From Thermodesulfobacteriota bacterium (GTDB lineage Bacteria; Desulfobacterota; Desulfobulbia; Desulfobulbales; SURF-16): a stretch of DNA of 51,165 nt. Below, piece by piece: positions 1-9,510 of this stretch. The translations under genes were made by a program, and so were the position numbers. Within the stretch, counting starts at the first letter, position 1; every line of letters begins with the position of its first letter. Location of the stretch: positions 1-51,165 of the forward strand of contig JBFMAY010000028.1 in NCBI GenBank assembly GCA_040755455.1, written 5' to 3'. Under the pieces are notes generated by a model, which did no database searches, was not told the DNA's origin, and saw nothing but the letters and a program-made list of their open reading frames with translations.

Positions 1-22
1 TTATTAAAGGAGACGGAATCAA

Positions 23-1303
23 ATGGCAAAATTAGTTGCGCCGCATGGTGGGAAAGGTCTTGTATGCGCACTGCTGCATGGCAGTGAGCTGGCTGCTGAG
101 AAAGATAAAGCCGCTGGTCTGAAAAAAATTCAAGTCAGCGCCCGCGCCAAAGGCGACTTGATCATGATGGGCATCGGTGGTTTCAGCCCTCTCTCAGGTT
201 TCATGACCAAAGCCGACTGGAAAGGCGTTTGCGAGAAGATGCAGATGGCTGACGGAACCTTCTGGCCCGTTCCGATCACCCTTGATATCTCCAAGGCTGA
301 TGCCGATGGCATCGCGGTTGGTCAGGAGATCGCTCTTGAGCATAAAGGCGAGATCATGGCTACCATGAAGGTCACCGAGAAATATGAGATGACCGACGCT
401 GACAAGAGATTTGAAAGCGAGAAAGTATTCAAGGGCAAAGGCGCAGACAGCGCTGATGACAAATTCTGGACAGTTGCCATGGAAGATCATCCAGGCGTTC
501 AGATGGTTATGGCTCAGAAAGAGGTCAACATCGCCGGTCCTGTTAAAGTTATGTCCCAGGGTGAATATCCCGTCGAGTACAAGGGTGTATATCTTACCCC
601 GGCCGAGACCCGTGCCATGTTCGAGGAAAGAGGATGGTCCAAGATTGCCGCTCTGCAGCTGCGCAATCCGATGCATCGTTCCCACGAGTACCTGGCCAAG
701 ATCGCCATCGAGGTATGTGACGGCGTGCTGATCCATTCACTGATCGGCAACCTGAAACCCGGTGATATTCCCGCCGACGTTCGCGTTAAAGCCATCGATA
801 CCCTGTGTGAGCATCACTTTGTCAAAGACAACGTCATCCAGGCCGGTTACCCGCTGGATATGCGTTATGCCGGTCCCCGCGAGGGTCTGCTGCATGCCAC
901 CTTCCGTCAGAACTACGGCGTCAACAACATGCTGATCGGCCGTGACCACGCCGGCGTTGGTGACTTCTACGGTCTGTTCGAGGCCCAGGAAATTTTTGAT
1001 ACCATCCCGACAACCGGCGATGCAGGTAAAGATCTGCAGTGCGTGCCGATGAAGATCGACTGGACCTTCTACTGCTCCAAATGCGACGGCATGGCTTCTC
1101 TGCGTACCTGCCCGCATGACAAAGCAAGCCGCGTTATCCTCTCCGGAACCAAACTGCGCAAAGCGCTGTCCGAGGGTGCTGCGATTCCTGATCACTTCGG
1201 CCGCGAGGAAGTTCTGGTTATCCTGCGTGCATACTATGAAGGCCTCACCGAGAAGGTTGAGGTTAAGATGCAGAAAGCCGCTTCCGGCTCCGCGATGAAA
1301 TAA
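23..1303 (+). CDS. sat: Sulfate adenylyltransferase (dissimilatory ATP sulfurylase)
   Basis: [35 protein letters not shown] and LSGTKLR motifs, plus the C-x2-C...C-x-H Zn site; RBS AAAGGAGA upstream. Confidence 0.98.
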   Translation: MAKLVAPHGGKGLVCALLHGSELAAEKDKAAGLKKIQVSARAKGDLIMMGIGGFSPLSGFMTKADWKGVCEKMQMADGTFWPVPITLDISKADADGIAVGQEIALEHKGEIMATMKVTEKYEMTDADKRFESEKVFKGKGADSADDKFWTVAMEDHPGVQMVMAQKEVNIAGPVKVMSQGEYPVEYKGVYLTPAETRAMFEERGWSKIAALQLRNPMHRSHEYLAKIAIEVCDGVLIHSLIGNLKPGDIPADVRVKAIDTLCEHHFVKDNVIQAGYPLDMRYAGPREGLLHATFRQNYGVNNMLIGRDHAGVGDFYGLFEAQEIFDTIPTTGDAGKDLQCVPMKIDWTFYCSKCDGMASLRTCPHDKASRVILSGTKLRKALSEGAAIPDHFGREEVLVILRAYYEGLTEKVEVKMQKAASGSAMK

Positions 1304-1326
1304 AGAAGTAGTTTATCTTTTTGCAT

Positions 1327-1377
1327 AGCAATAAAAAAGGAGGTGCTGTGAGGCATCTCCTTTTTTATTGCTTTTTT
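1327..1377. terminator. Bidirectional intrinsic terminator between the convergent sat and DUF2582 genes
   Basis: 20-bp inverted repeat agcaataaaaaaggaggtgc / gcatctccttttttattgct, with A- and T-tracts. Confidence 0.85.
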
Positions 1378-1411
1378 ACTGGCAAGCGCTGCGTGCTGTT
1401 TTGTCTTCCGT

Positions 1412-1846
1412 TCATTCCGGCCGGAGTGCAATCAGCGCCCCATCCTCGGAAAGATTGATTTTCCCTTCCCTGGCGAGCCAGCCGATGGCGCAGAAGACCA
1501 TGGCGTTGGAGTTTTTGCGTCCCATGATGGCGCTGACAAGTTTTTCCGTCGCCATCTCGCCATGCTGGCTGAGATGCTCGAAAATTTCGCCGGCCACAAA
1601 GCCCATCTTGTCGCCAAGGGCAATCGTTCCCTTGTCGGCGAAAGGAGATTTTGCCGCCTTGGCGCCTTTACTGCTTTTGCTGCTGGTCAGGCGTGAAACC
1701 GTGTCTTCCACCTTCTTTTTTATTTTTTTGCCGGTTTGTTCCGCCTGGAAGGTGGAACGGGCAATAGCCCTGCCAACCTCCTGGCCGGCATGAATTAATT
1801 TGTCGTCAGCAGATGCATCGCCTTTCGTTTCTTTTTTGTCGCTCAT
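1412..1846 (-). CDS. Winged-helix DUF2582-family protein with a Lys-rich N-terminal extension
   Basis: C-terminal 'MGFVAGEIFEHL...AIGWLAREGKI' is the DUF2582 signature; ATG at 1846 has a GGAGG RBS (the longer track ORF overlaps aroB). Confidence 0.75.
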   Translation of the reverse strand: MSDKKETKGDASADDKLIHAGQEVGRAIARSTFQAEQTGKKIKKKVEDTVSRLTSSKSSKGAKAAKSPFADKGTIALGDKMGFVAGEIFEHLSQHGEMATEKLVSAIMGRKNSNAMVFCAIGWLAREGKINLSEDGALIALRPE

Positions 1847-1999
1847 TTGGCCTCCTCCATGCCTAGAAAAAATCATCAGATCTTCCAAATTATATGGTAA
1901 TACTCTAACGGAACTGATTTTATTGTCAAGCGACTTGCAATGGCGGTTAAAGATTGTATGGTGCAGCGATAAAACTGAAAGTTGACAGAGGATCTGCGG

Positions 2000-3079
2000 A
2001 TGAAAATCATTGATGTCGGGTTGGGTAGGAGATCTTATCCGATCATGGTGGCGGCCGGTTTGCTCAGGGCGATCGGCCAGGATTTGCGGCAAAGGGCCGT
2101 GGCCAAGCGTTATGTGGTGATTGCCGATGACCGGGTGGCCGCGCTCTATGGTGAGACGCTGGCCGCATCTTTAACCGGCCAGGGAATCAGCTGCGAGCTG
2201 CTCACCTTTCCCCACGGGGAGGCCAGTAAGAACATGACCACCATTGCCCGGCTGGTCAGTTCCCTGGCCCAGCTTGGGGTTGACCGCAAGGATTGCCTGA
2301 TTGCCCTGGGCGGCGGGGTCACCGGGGATATCACGGGTTTTGTCGCCGCCATCTACATGCGGGGTATTCCTTTTGTCCAGGTGCCGACCACCTTGCTGGC
2401 CCAGGTTGACAGCTCGGTGGGCGGCAAGACCGGCGTGGATATTCCTGAAGGCAAGAATCTGGTCGGGGCATTTTATCAGCCCCGCGCCGTTTATATCGAC
2501 AGCGGGGTACTCGCCTCGCTCCCGCCGGAGGAGCTGTTAAACGGCCTGGCTGAGGTAATCAAGTACGGCGTCATCTATGACCGGGATTTTTTTGATTTTC
2601 TGGACGCCAACCGGGAGCAGATTCTCCGGTTGCATCTGCCGGTTGTGGAAGAGGTGATTGTCCGCTGCTGCCGGATCAAGGCTGCCGTGGTTGCCGCGGA
2701 CGAAAAGGAGGCGGACCTGCGGCGTATTTTGAATTACGGCCATACCCTGGGACATGCCGTGGAGGGGGCGTCTGATTTCGCCATTGCCCATGGCATGGCC
2801 GTGGCAATGGGCATGGTTGCCGCAAATAAACTGGCGGTGGGCAAGGCCCTGCTTGCGCCTTCGGAGGCGGAGCGGATCAGCCAGGTTGTTGCCGGCTTCG
2901 GGCTGCCGGTGGTAATTCCGCGGGATCTCGACCATAACCGGATGAAATCATTTTTAAAGACCGACAAGAAGGCGGTGGCTGGCCGTCCCTTTTTCGTCCT
3001 GCCTACCCGCATCGGCCAGGTGACAATTACCGATGATGTGGCGGAGGAGTTGATTGATCAGGCTTTGAACAATGATTAA
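2000..3079 (+). CDS. aroB: 3-dehydroquinate synthase
   Basis: GEASK, ALGGGVTGD, PTTLLAQVDSSVGGKTG and LNYGHTLGHA motifs; ATG at 2000 after GAGGA. Confidence 0.97.
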   Translation: MKIIDVGLGRRSYPIMVAAGLLRAIGQDLRQRAVAKRYVVIADDRVAALYGETLAASLTGQGISCELLTFPHGEASKNMTTIARLVSSLAQLGVDRKDCLIALGGGVTGDITGFVAAIYMRGIPFVQVPTTLLAQVDSSVGGKTGVDIPEGKNLVGAFYQPRAVYIDSGVLASLPPEELLNGLAEVIKYGVIYDRDFFDFLDANREQILRLHLPVVEEVIVRCCRIKAAVVAADEKEADLRRILNYGHTLGHAVEGASDFAIAHGMAVAMGMVAANKLAVGKALLAPSEAERISQVVAGFGLPVVIPRDLDHNRMKSFLKTDKKAVAGRPFFVLPTRIGQVTITDDVAEELIDQALNND

Positions 3080-3117
3080 TCAACAATCAGCCAAGAGCCA
3101 TGAACCATGAGTTCTAT

Positions 3118-5286
3118 TCACACCGCGCAGCGGAAACCGATGGTGTTTGACCAGGTGTCCGGCTCCAGCAGTCTGGTTGCCGCGGTGATTCCTGTTTTTG
3201 AGGTCCAGCAGCCTCCCTTGAGCACATAAACAGGGGGTGTGCGGTTGCTTGCCGGCCGGGAAGGGGTATGGGCCGTTGCCGTCCACTCAAAGACGTTGCC
3301 TAGCAGATCATAGACGCCGAATGGACTCATGGATGATTTGCCATGGCGGGTAACAGGGGTTGTGTCCCCTGTGAGCGCTGCTTCGGTGTTGGCCAGTTCC
3401 CCATGCCAGTCATTGCCCCAGGGAAAGAGAAGACCCTCATGACCACGGGTCGCGGCTTCCCATTCGTCCTCGCTGGGCAGCCTCTTGCCCGCCCAGGCGG
3501 CAAAGGCCAGGGCGTCCCGGCGGCTCACCTGCACCACCGGATGATTTCCCTTGTTTTCCAGGGAACTGACCGGCCCCGACGGATGACGCCAGTTTGCCCC
3601 CTGCATCCTTTGCGAGCGGGTGCCGCGGCTGATGGATAATATGGTGCGGCCCGTATCCGGATCGATCCTGTTGCTGAGCCGTCCTTCCACGACATTGCCG
3701 AAACCGGCCTTCTCGGCATCGGTTTCATAGCCGGTCTCGCGGACAAAAAAATCAAAAAGATCATTGGTCACCGGCAGTTGACCGATATAAAAATCTTGCA
3801 GAAAGATCTTGCGGGCCGGCCGTTCATTATATGCAGGCTGATCACGTCCGGTCACATAGTAGCCTGCGGGAATCTTGATAAATTTCGGCATGAACCGCTC
3901 AAGGATCTGGGCGATATAATCATCATGGGTTTCAGTCAGGGTCTCCGGCGGTGAGGCAAGTGCCTCATCCGGTTCAATATAGTGGCTGAGGTCCAGCGGG
4001 CGGGCTTGATCTCGCTGCGCATCATCAGTTGCCCCGATTGCGCCGGCCGGGGCGATTTCATCTTCCTCGATAATATCGGCTTGCTCATCGATGATCTCCG
4101 CCTCGTCAAGGATTTCAAACTCATCGGCTGCAAGCAGTTCATCGGCCGCAGGTTGGGCTGCACCCTCGCCGCGAGCCTCACCGCCTTGGCCCGGTCCGGG
4201 TCCGGTCAGCGCGCCCCCGGTCAGGCCGGTTCCTGAAGGGCCTGTCGCCTCCTCATCAACAATCTCGGCTTGCTCATCGATGATCTCCGCCTCGTCAAGG
4301 AGCTCAAACTCATCTGCTGCAAGCAGTTCATCGGCCGGAGGTTGGGCTGCACCCTCACCGCCCTGGCCCGGTCCGGGTCCGGTCAGCGCGCCCCCGGTCA
4401 GGCCGGTTCCTGAAAGGCCTGTCGCCTCCTCATCAACAATCTCGGCTTGCTCATCGATGATCTCCGCCTCGTCAAGGAGCTCAAACTCATCTGCTGCAAG
4501 CAGTTCATCGGCCGGAGGTTGGGCTGCACCCTCGCCGCGAGCCTCACCGCCCTGGCCCGGTCCGGGTCCGGTCAGCGCGCCCCCGGTCAGGCCGGTTCCT
4601 GAAGGGCCTGTCGCCTCCTCATCAACAATCTCGGCTTGCTCATCGATGATCTCCGCCTCGTCAAGGATTTCAAACTCATCAGTCGCCAGCAGTTCACCGG
4701 CAATCGCCTCGCCTTCATTGCCGCTGGCCGCCTCTGCTGTTTTTTCCCCTGATGATAAGCGGGCCTGCTCATCATTTATGCCGGCGGTCCTGACCAGCAT
4801 CTCTCTGGTCTTGTCGAGCTCCTTGAGCAGCGCGGAGGCATCTTCTCTTTCGCCAGAGCCCTGCATGACCCCAGCAAGAATACCGCGGACCAGGGTGAGG
4901 AGATCCTTGGGGTCGAGGGCCCCGCTCAGCCCCAGTTTCTGCAACAGGTCGTTTTTATGCTCGTCGGAGATGGTGAAAACGTTGTCGCGGCCGATGACCA
5001 GGCCTTCCGGGTTTTTTCCCTGCCGGGCCAGGTTTTTCAGGTCCTTGTTGATGGCGGATTTGAGGCTGCTCAGGTTCTTCTTTTTCTGGCGGATATCCTC
5101 GGGGTCAGCAATTCCCCAAAGTTGTCGGATGAGATCCTCGGCGGCAATGGCGTCAATCTTCTCCAGGCTTTCCTCGGCGGGGAAATAGGAGTGGATCAGG
5201 CTGATGAGACGGCCCTTGAGGGTGGCCGGATTGGGCTGGAGGTTGGCAATGGCCTCGGACATGCCCTGGTGGGTGATTAATGCCAT
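3118..5286 (-). CDS. FGE-sulfatase (SUMF1/NirV-like) domain protein with an N-terminal wHTH-like region and acidic tandem repeats
   Basis: C-terminal HPVVQVS, KRLPSEDEWEAA, FPWG, YDLLGNVFEW and IGFRC motifs; start MALITHQ at 5286 follows CAGGA. Confidence 0.85.
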   Translation of the reverse strand: MALITHQGMSEAIANLQPNPATLKGRLISLIHSYFPAEESLEKIDAIAAEDLIRQLWGIADPEDIRQKKKNLSSLKSAINKDLKNLARQGKNPEGLVIGRDNVFTISDEHKNDLLQKLGLSGALDPKDLLTLVRGILAGVMQGSGEREDASALLKELDKTREMLVRTAGINDEQARLSSGEKTAEAASGNEGEAIAGELLATDEFEILDEAEIIDEQAEIVDEEATGPSGTGLTGGALTGPGPGQGGEARGEGAAQPPADELLAADEFELLDEAEIIDEQAEIVDEEATGLSGTGLTGGALTGPGPGQGGEGAAQPPADELLAADEFELLDEAEIIDEQAEIVDEEATGPSGTGLTGGALTGPGPGQGGEARGEGAAQPAADELLAADEFEILDEAEIIDEQADIIEEDEIAPAGAIGATDDAQRDQARPLDLSHYIEPDEALASPPETLTETHDDYIAQILERFMPKFIKIPAGYYVTGRDQPAYNERPARKIFLQDFYIGQLPVTNDLFDFFVRETGYETDAEKAGFGNVVEGRLSNRIDPDTGRTILSISRGTRSQRMQGANWRHPSGPVSSLENKGNHPVVQVSRRDALAFAAWAGKRLPSEDEWEAATRGHEGLLFPWGNDWHGELANTEAALTGDTTPVTRHGKSSMSPFGVYDLLGNVFEWTATAHTPSRPASNRTPPVYVLKGGCWTSKTGITAATRLLEPDTWSNTIGFRCAV
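4076..4697. repeat. Coding tandem repeat, 3 units plus a partial unit (189/177/189 nt)
   Basis: tcggcttgctcatcgatgatctccgcctcgtcaagga recurs at 4076, 4265, 4442 and 4631; encodes ELLAADEFELLDEAEIIDEQAEIVDEEATGPSGTGLTGGALTGPGPGQGG(EARG)EGAAQPPAD. Confidence 0.97.
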
Positions 5287-5494
5287 GATGTTTCCTGCGG
5301 CCTGGAACGGTTGGTGGCGCACATTGCGGGTTTGGAGCTGCCGGACCTGCCAAGCGGTATTTTTTTTGGTTCTTTTCTTTCAGCATACAGAAGGGCAGAG
5401 GAAAAATCTATATTTTGCTTTTCTAACCGATAATCGCTACAATAAATTGCGTTCCCATTGTTATTATTACTTTTTCCTGCAGGAGCCACATGCA

Positions 5495-8287
5495 ATGACA
5501 TCTTTGGTAATCGTCGAATCAGAGGCAAAGGCCCAGGCTCTCGCCGGGCAGGCCGGTGGCGCGTATGAAACGCTGCTGCTGCGGTCTGCCCCCATGAAGG
5601 TCAGCCATAATGTCAACGCCGCAAAATTAAACACCGGTGAAACAGGGTTTCAGGTTGTGCCGGCGGAGACGGAAAGGGAGTTTGCCAAAGGCCTGCTGGC
5701 CAATCTGCATAAGGATATTTATGTGGCCCTGGAGAGTGACCAGCAGGGAGAGTACTGGAGCTGGATGCTGAGTAAATTCACCTTTGCCGCCTCAAAGGGG
5801 CAGAAGGGCATCCGGCGGATTCATGTCGCGGGTTTTGCAGGGGAAGAGCTGGCGGAATCATTCCGGCGGGTTGAACCGGTGCAGGACAGTGCCGCTGCAT
5901 CATTTTATATCCGGTCGCTTTTCACCAGCTGCCTGCTGCGCCATTTGCGCCGCTTGCTCGGCACGGTGCACGGTCCCGGTGGTCTGCCGCTGGATTTTGC
6001 CGCGCTTACCGCTCTTGCGCTGCTGGAAGAAAGGGAGGCGGCAGCCGATGCCTTTTCCGCTCCAACCAAATGGCGGATTGCGGCCCGGCTGTCCACCCCG
6101 GCCGGGGCATGCATGGTCCGGCTGCAGGAGGCCTATGGAATAACGGATGATGGTTTTTTCAGAGATCCCGGAGAGGTGAAAAAGGCCCTGGCCCTTTTTG
6201 AGGGCCGGCCGTTGACGGTTAAAGGGGTGGCGGAGTCGGCTCTGACCATTGAACCGCCCATGCCGTACCGTCTTGCCGAGCTGCTGCATGACGCTTACAC
6301 CCTTTTAGCCATGGGGCCGGCCAGGGTACTGCATGCCCTGCGGACGCTCCAGGCCGGTGTGGCCGTTGACGGCAGACACACCGGCCTCATTACCGCGCCT
6401 TTTGCCGTGATCCCCTTTCCTCTGCAGGCCACTTTGTCCCGTATCAGAAAAGAGGTGTCAACCATTTACGGCAGCGGGGAAGTGGTTGCCCGGCAGCCAG
6501 GCGGCCATGTCATTCTTCCTCTGCTGCCCGGTCTGGCCGGGGATCATCTGCCGGATGCCCTGTCCGCCGAAGAGCGGGGGCTGTATGACCTGATCCGGGA
6601 CCGCGCCCTGGCCAGTCAGATGCCCGAGGCAGCCGGCCGCAATCTCTTGCTGGAATGCACTGCCGGCGGCTGCCTGTTTCAGGGCCGGAGTATCTTGCTG
6701 GTTGCCAAGGGTTTTCTCAAGGCATTTGCCAAAGGCTACGATTTTTACCTGAGGCCGGATTGTTCTTTGCAGGATTTGCAGGCCGGCCAGCAACTCACCG
6801 TGACGCAGATCATCCCGGAACAGGCCGCCGGGGTTGCCGCGGAATACTATACCTTTGATTCTTTTTGCGGGGATATGGCCGAGTTTTCCGTGCCCCTGGA
6901 GTCAGCTTTAATCCTTATGCTGCAGGAGATGCTTGACAAGGGGTATCTTGCCGTTGATGCCGGGGGCGGCTTTCATATCGAGGGCAATGCCGGCAGGGTG
7001 GTCGCCACCTTGAACCGGGCCTTCCCGGCCATGAAGGGCATCAGCCTTTCGGCCTATTTTGAGCAGACGGTAAGCGAGGTGATCAGCGGCCGCAAAAACT
7101 TTGACTTTGCCCTGAAGCAGTTTGATCAGAACTTTATCATGCATGGCGTGCCCCTGGTCAGAGTGCAGGTTCCCAGGGCTGTCCCGGTACGGGAGAAAAA
7201 ATCGAAAAACATCATTAAAAGCCCGGAACCGCAGAGCCTCAGGCCGGCGCCGGCGGCGGAACAGGCAGGGCCGCAGCAGGCCCCGGCGGCGAAGAAATCC
7301 GATGCAAGCCGGGAAGCGGAGGGGACGGCGGAAGTTGCCGCAGTGACCGAGGCCGCAGCCATGGAAGCGGAGGAGAGGCTGGCCGCATCGACCCGGCAGG
7401 CGGAGCCGATTACGGCGGATGCGGCGCTGGCAGCAGACCAGCCCCAGGAGATGGACGATGCTGGGCGGGTTTCCCTGGCGGCGATCAGCACCCCGCAGGA
7501 GATGCCCGGCAAAGAAGACGCCCCGGACGAAGAAACGGGGGCCGAGCCTGCTGACATGGCTGCGCGGGCAAACGCTGAAACGTCTGATCGCTTGACTGGT
7601 GAAGGGGAGGGGGTTGTCGGGCATGCTGCGGAAGCGGCGACAATGGAGCTGGCAGAGGCTCAGGGGCTTGGGCCGGAGGCTGTTTTTACCGCGCCGCCGC
7701 TCCTGCCTGCTGAGGAGAACGGGCAGAAGCCCGCCGGGGTTGTGCCCGCTGATACGGACGATGCTGCCCAGGCCCCGGCGGAGCCGCAGCAGGGGCGGGC
7801 CTGTCCGGATTGCGGCCGGCCCCTGCTGTTGAAAAATGATCGTTTCGGCGCGTACTGGGCCTGTTCGGGCTATCCGGCCTGCCGTCACGCCGAAGAATCT
7901 GAAACCGGGACGCAGAAAATGGATCTGCCCTGTCCTCTCTGCGGGCAGGAGTCCCTTGTCTTCAAGCGGACCCCCACCGGCAAAAAGCTCTATGTCTGCC
8001 CCGGAGAGGGGTGTGAATTCATGGCCTGGTCCCGGCCCTATGCCGTAGTTTGTCCGTCCTGCGGTTTCCCCTTTCTGGTGGAGAAAAAGACGGCAGGCGG
8101 CCAGGCGGTGCTCCGTTGTCCCAGGGCCGGCTGCAGCTATCTGCAGGCCCTCCCCAGTGAGCGGACGGAGGGCGGTGCCGTGGGGGCTCCGGTCCCGGCC
8201 AGGAAAAAGGTCCTGGTGCGCCGTCCGGCGGGAACGAGCGGCGGCAGCGGTAAAAAAAAGGTGCTGGTCCGCCGGAAAAGAGGCTAG
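5495..8287 (+). CDS. Type IA DNA topoisomerase (TopA)-like protein, probably catalytically inactive, with three C-terminal C4 zinc ribbons
   Basis: LVIVESEAK Toprim start, degenerate IYVALESDQQGE, PPMPY, GLITAPF at the catalytic-Tyr position, LYDLIRDRALASQMP, CPDCG...FGAYWACSGYPAC ribbons; ATG at 5495 after AGGAG. Confidence 0.85.
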   Translation: MTSLVIVESEAKAQALAGQAGGAYETLLLRSAPMKVSHNVNAAKLNTGETGFQVVPAETEREFAKGLLANLHKDIYVALESDQQGEYWSWMLSKFTFAASKGQKGIRRIHVAGFAGEELAESFRRVEPVQDSAAASFYIRSLFTSCLLRHLRRLLGTVHGPGGLPLDFAALTALALLEEREAAADAFSAPTKWRIAARLSTPAGACMVRLQEAYGITDDGFFRDPGEVKKALALFEGRPLTVKGVAESALTIEPPMPYRLAELLHDAYTLLAMGPARVLHALRTLQAGVAVDGRHTGLITAPFAVIPFPLQATLSRIRKEVSTIYGSGEVVARQPGGHVILPLLPGLAGDHLPDALSAEERGLYDLIRDRALASQMPEAAGRNLLLECTAGGCLFQGRSILLVAKGFLKAFAKGYDFYLRPDCSLQDLQAGQQLTVTQIIPEQAAGVAAEYYTFDSFCGDMAEFSVPLESALILMLQEMLDKGYLAVDAGGGFHIEGNAGRVVATLNRAFPAMKGISLSAYFEQTVSEVISGRKNFDFALKQFDQNFIMHGVPLVRVQVPRAVPVREKKSKNIIKSPEPQSLRPAPAAEQAGPQQAPAAKKSDASREAEGTAEVAAVTEAAAMEAEERLAASTRQAEPITADAALAADQPQEMDDAGRVSLAAISTPQEMPGKEDAPDEETGAEPADMAARANAETSDRLTGEGEGVVGHAAEAATMELAEAQGLGPEAVFTAPPLLPAEENGQKPAGVVPADTDDAAQAPAEPQQGRACPDCGRPLLLKNDRFGAYWACSGYPACRHAEESETGTQKMDLPCPLCGQESLVFKRTPTGKKLYVCPGEGCEFMAWSRPYAVVCPSCGFPFLVEKKTAGGQAVLRCPRAGCSYLQALPSERTEGGAVGAPVPARKKVLVRRPAGTSGGSGKKKVLVRRKRG

Positions 8288-8288
8288 G

Positions 8289-9401
8289 TCAAGCGGTCAG
8301 CAGAAAGAGATTGCCCTTGACCCATTCCCCTTTTTCCGTGCGCAGATTGACCCCGTGGCGGCAATGCACCTGAAAGTCGCAGTTGTCGGCAAGGGCATTG
8401 ATGTAACTTTCCGCCTGGGCATAACGGCCGGAGGTCTGCAGGCTGTAATTTTCCGCGCATATCTCGGTGGAAAAAAGAAAAGAGGCATGGCTGCGCGCCC
8501 TTTTTCTGATCAGGCCGAAAATCGGGCTGAGGTCAGCAAGATAGATGAAGACATCGGCAGCGAGAAAGAAGTCGAATGTCTCTGTCGTGTTTTCTAAAAA
8601 CGAGAGAATATCGCTTTCGGCAAGGGTTGCATAGACTGCCTTGCCCCGGGCCATGGCCAGCATTTTCGCTGACAGATCGATGCCGGTAAAATGGGTCACG
8701 CAGTCGCTGAAGGCAAGTCCAGACAGTCCGGTTCCGCATCCCATGTCCAGGCCGCTTGCAAAAACCTTATCGCCGCTGTAACCATCCATCACCAGCCGCA
8801 GCTGGGCGGGGATCATGCACGACAGTTTGGTCAGCATGGCGTCGTCAAAATGGTCGGCGAAGTGGTCGAAAAGTTCCTTGGCGTAGGCAAGAGGGCAGGT
8901 GGCGGTCGTCTTGCCCTCAAGGGCCTCCAGCATATGCTGGGTTGATTCACTGGCCGGATTGAGTTCCATTACCTGGCGATAACTGGCAAGGGCCCTGTTA
9001 TTGCGTCCAATCTGCTGGTAGAGCACCGCCAGATGCTTGTGGGCGGACAGATAATGCGGGTCAAGGGCGACGGTTTTTTCAAAGGAGCTGATGGCCTGCT
9101 CCGGGGCACCCATCTCCTTGAGCAGGACCCCGAGATTGTAATGGGTATCCGTGTCGTCTGGCGTGAGGGTCAGCACTTTTTCATAATACTCTTTTGCCTC
9201 CTGCAGGTGCCCCATTTTATTCAAGGTCAGCGCTAGGTTGAAAAAGATATCAGGATCTGCGGGATTGATTGTCTCGGCCTCCAGGTAGGACAGGGCCGCC
9301 AGGGCAAAATTGCCCTGGGAGTAATGGCGAACACCCAGGTTGTAATAATGGCTTGCCAGCTCAGGTGAGGGGTTGTGGGTGAAACGGTCAAGGTCGGACA
9401 T
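8289..9401 (-). CDS. TPR-repeat class I SAM-dependent methyltransferase
   Basis: About five TPRs, then LFDHFADHFD, LDMGCGTGLSG, GIDLSAKML, AADVFIY and SGRYAQ; ATG at 9401 after GGAGGAAG. Confidence 0.9.
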   Translation of the reverse strand: MSDLDRFTHNPSPELASHYYNLGVRHYSQGNFALAALSYLEAETINPADPDIFFNLALTLNKMGHLQEAKEYYEKVLTLTPDDTDTHYNLGVLLKEMGAPEQAISSFEKTVALDPHYLSAHKHLAVLYQQIGRNNRALASYRQVMELNPASESTQHMLEALEGKTTATCPLAYAKELFDHFADHFDDAMLTKLSCMIPAQLRLVMDGYSGDKVFASGLDMGCGTGLSGLAFSDCVTHFTGIDLSAKMLAMARGKAVYATLAESDILSFLENTTETFDFFLAADVFIYLADLSPIFGLIRKRARSHASFLFSTEICAENYSLQTSGRYAQAESYINALADNCDFQVHCRHGVNLRTEKGEWVKGNLFLLTA

Positions 9402-9510
9402 TGCTTCCTCCTGTTGCTGGGCAAGCCAGCCGAACTGCAATGGATACTGCTTGTCATTTCCCCGGTTTTCATCGGTGCTGACCAGGGGCGGCATACATTT
9501 CAGCTCCATG

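Noticed and set aside
4076..4697. Possible CRISPR-like or DGR repeat linked to the FGE/CLec-fold gene
   Set aside because: The units are contiguous in-frame coding repeats with no unique spacers; no reverse transcriptase and no adenine-variant TR/VR copy of the FGE 3' end is visible in the window
4091..5188. 365-aa Ser-rich plus-strand ORF with repeats
   Set aside because: Antisense shadow of the acidic repeat region of the FGE-domain gene
5204..5494. N-terminal extension of the TopA-like ORF in the track
   Set aside because: It overlaps the divergent gene and the AT-rich promoter region; homology and the RBS point to ATG 5495
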